Assembly (NCBI GenBank): GCA_016188355.1
Contig: JACPHY010000009.1
Location: 1 to 55,654 of the forward strand
Origin: Candidatus Uhrbacteria bacterium
GTDB lineage: Bacteria; Patescibacteriota; Patescibacteriia; JACPHY01
Length of the DNA: 55,654 bases
Direction of reading: 5' to 3'
Part shown: in pieces, positions 55,396 through 55,654 of the stretch
How the letters are laid out: each line of letters begins with the position of its first letter
Numbering within the stretch: position 1 is the first letter of the stretch
Notes under the pieces: model-generated
Told to the model about the DNA's origin: nothing
The model's input: the letters and a program-made list of their open reading frames with translations, nothing else
Databases searched by the model: none
Made by a program: the position numbers and the translations under genes

Positions 55396-55472
55396 CTCCT
55401 CCGCTGTGCCCTATGCTTTTTCAAATGATCGTTCACGGCAACCTCCTCATCAAAAATCCGTCACGCAGGGGG

Positions 55473-55501
55473 ACGATACCAATATCCACCCATTCAGTCA
55501 A
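55473..55501 (-). promoter_or_regulatory. promoter TTGACT-N17-TATCGT (second cassette)
   Basis: The reverse strand reads gcTTGACTgaatgggtggatattggTATCGTccccctgc, followed by GAGGAGG and GTG at 55436. Confidence 0.5.
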
Positions 55502-55519
55502 GCGCCGCCTCATTGGCTT

Positions 55520-55654
55520 TTAGCAACGAGCTGGAACAGCCACGAGGGAAGTTTCTAGGAAGGTGAGCGGAGATTGAAATAATTCCGGTGCGTTCCAGCG
55601 TGCCTCGAATTCTCGCAGGAGGCTCGGGAGGTGTTCCTTCCAGACGTGATGGTG
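55520..55654 (-). CDS. C-terminal 44 codons of an unidentified gene entering from the right edge
   Basis: Own translation: HHHVWKEHLPSLLREFEARWNAPELFQSPLTFLETSLVAVPARC, then TAA (55520-55522). Open to the window edge; no homology recognised. Confidence 0.25.
   Translation of the reverse strand, partial: HHHVWKEHLPSLLREFEARWNAPELFQSPLTFLETSLVAVPARC

Noticed and set aside
55056-55436. 126-aa ORF from the well-placed SD+GTG at 55436 as the real product of the second cassette.
   Set aside because: Beyond the first 14 residues its translation has no similarity to B1 or to the TraR-like protein. The conserved B2 frame is the other one. The ORF length is unremarkable for this GC content. It is discussed as a leader or remnant in the findings.

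Overview
GC-rich (roughly 60% by eye, not computed), very tightly packed bacterial chromosome segment. It has no rRNA, CRISPR array, transposase or integrase. The gene content suggests a Patescibacteria/CPR-type genome (inference): a lean housekeeping set, a PrgI/VirB4/VirB6-like cluster, a two-helix pilin-like domain, many short secreted hypotheticals and chains of ATGA stop/start overlaps. Left to right the window holds: (1) a nucleotide-salvage cluster (HD hydrolase, long ThyX, tmk, tdk), then gatB and a small Zn-ribbon-like ORF behind a consensus promoter; (2) miaA carrying an in-frame tandem-repeat insert, a hypothetical ORF, thrS, and two translationally coupled Cys-rich secreted ORFs; (3) a long minus-strand gene string: pmm, rseP, propeller protein, pheS, dac, pheT, a structured 357-nt spacer, dnaE and an anchored protein; (4) lemA-htpX-clpC; (5) an envelope block (membrane protein, TolB-like propeller, DsbA-like, pilin-like::M15 peptidase fusion) ending in a (GCTGCAA)x10 microsatellite; (6) radA, a DksA/TraR zinc finger, recG, a membrane protein and a methyltransferase; (7) tRNA-Arg and two tRNA-Ser, then cutA; (8) a minus-strand operon: VirB6-like, Pro-rich, PrgI-like, VirB4-N-like, VirB4, anchored protein, comF and a CphA-like ATP-grasp; (9) three lipoprotein genes; (10) at the right edge, two diverged tandem copies of a convergent two-gene cassette of unknown function. 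Each cassette copy sits behind the same TTGACT-N17-TATCGT promoter. The first copy has a TraR-type zinc finger and the second has a homopolymer frameshift. The ORF track calls GTG/TTG starts as M, so several track starts were moved to internal ATGs with better N-termini. The best candidates for something undescribed are the secretion-like operon fused to comF/ATP-grasp, the pilin::peptidase fusion, and the duplicated cassette.
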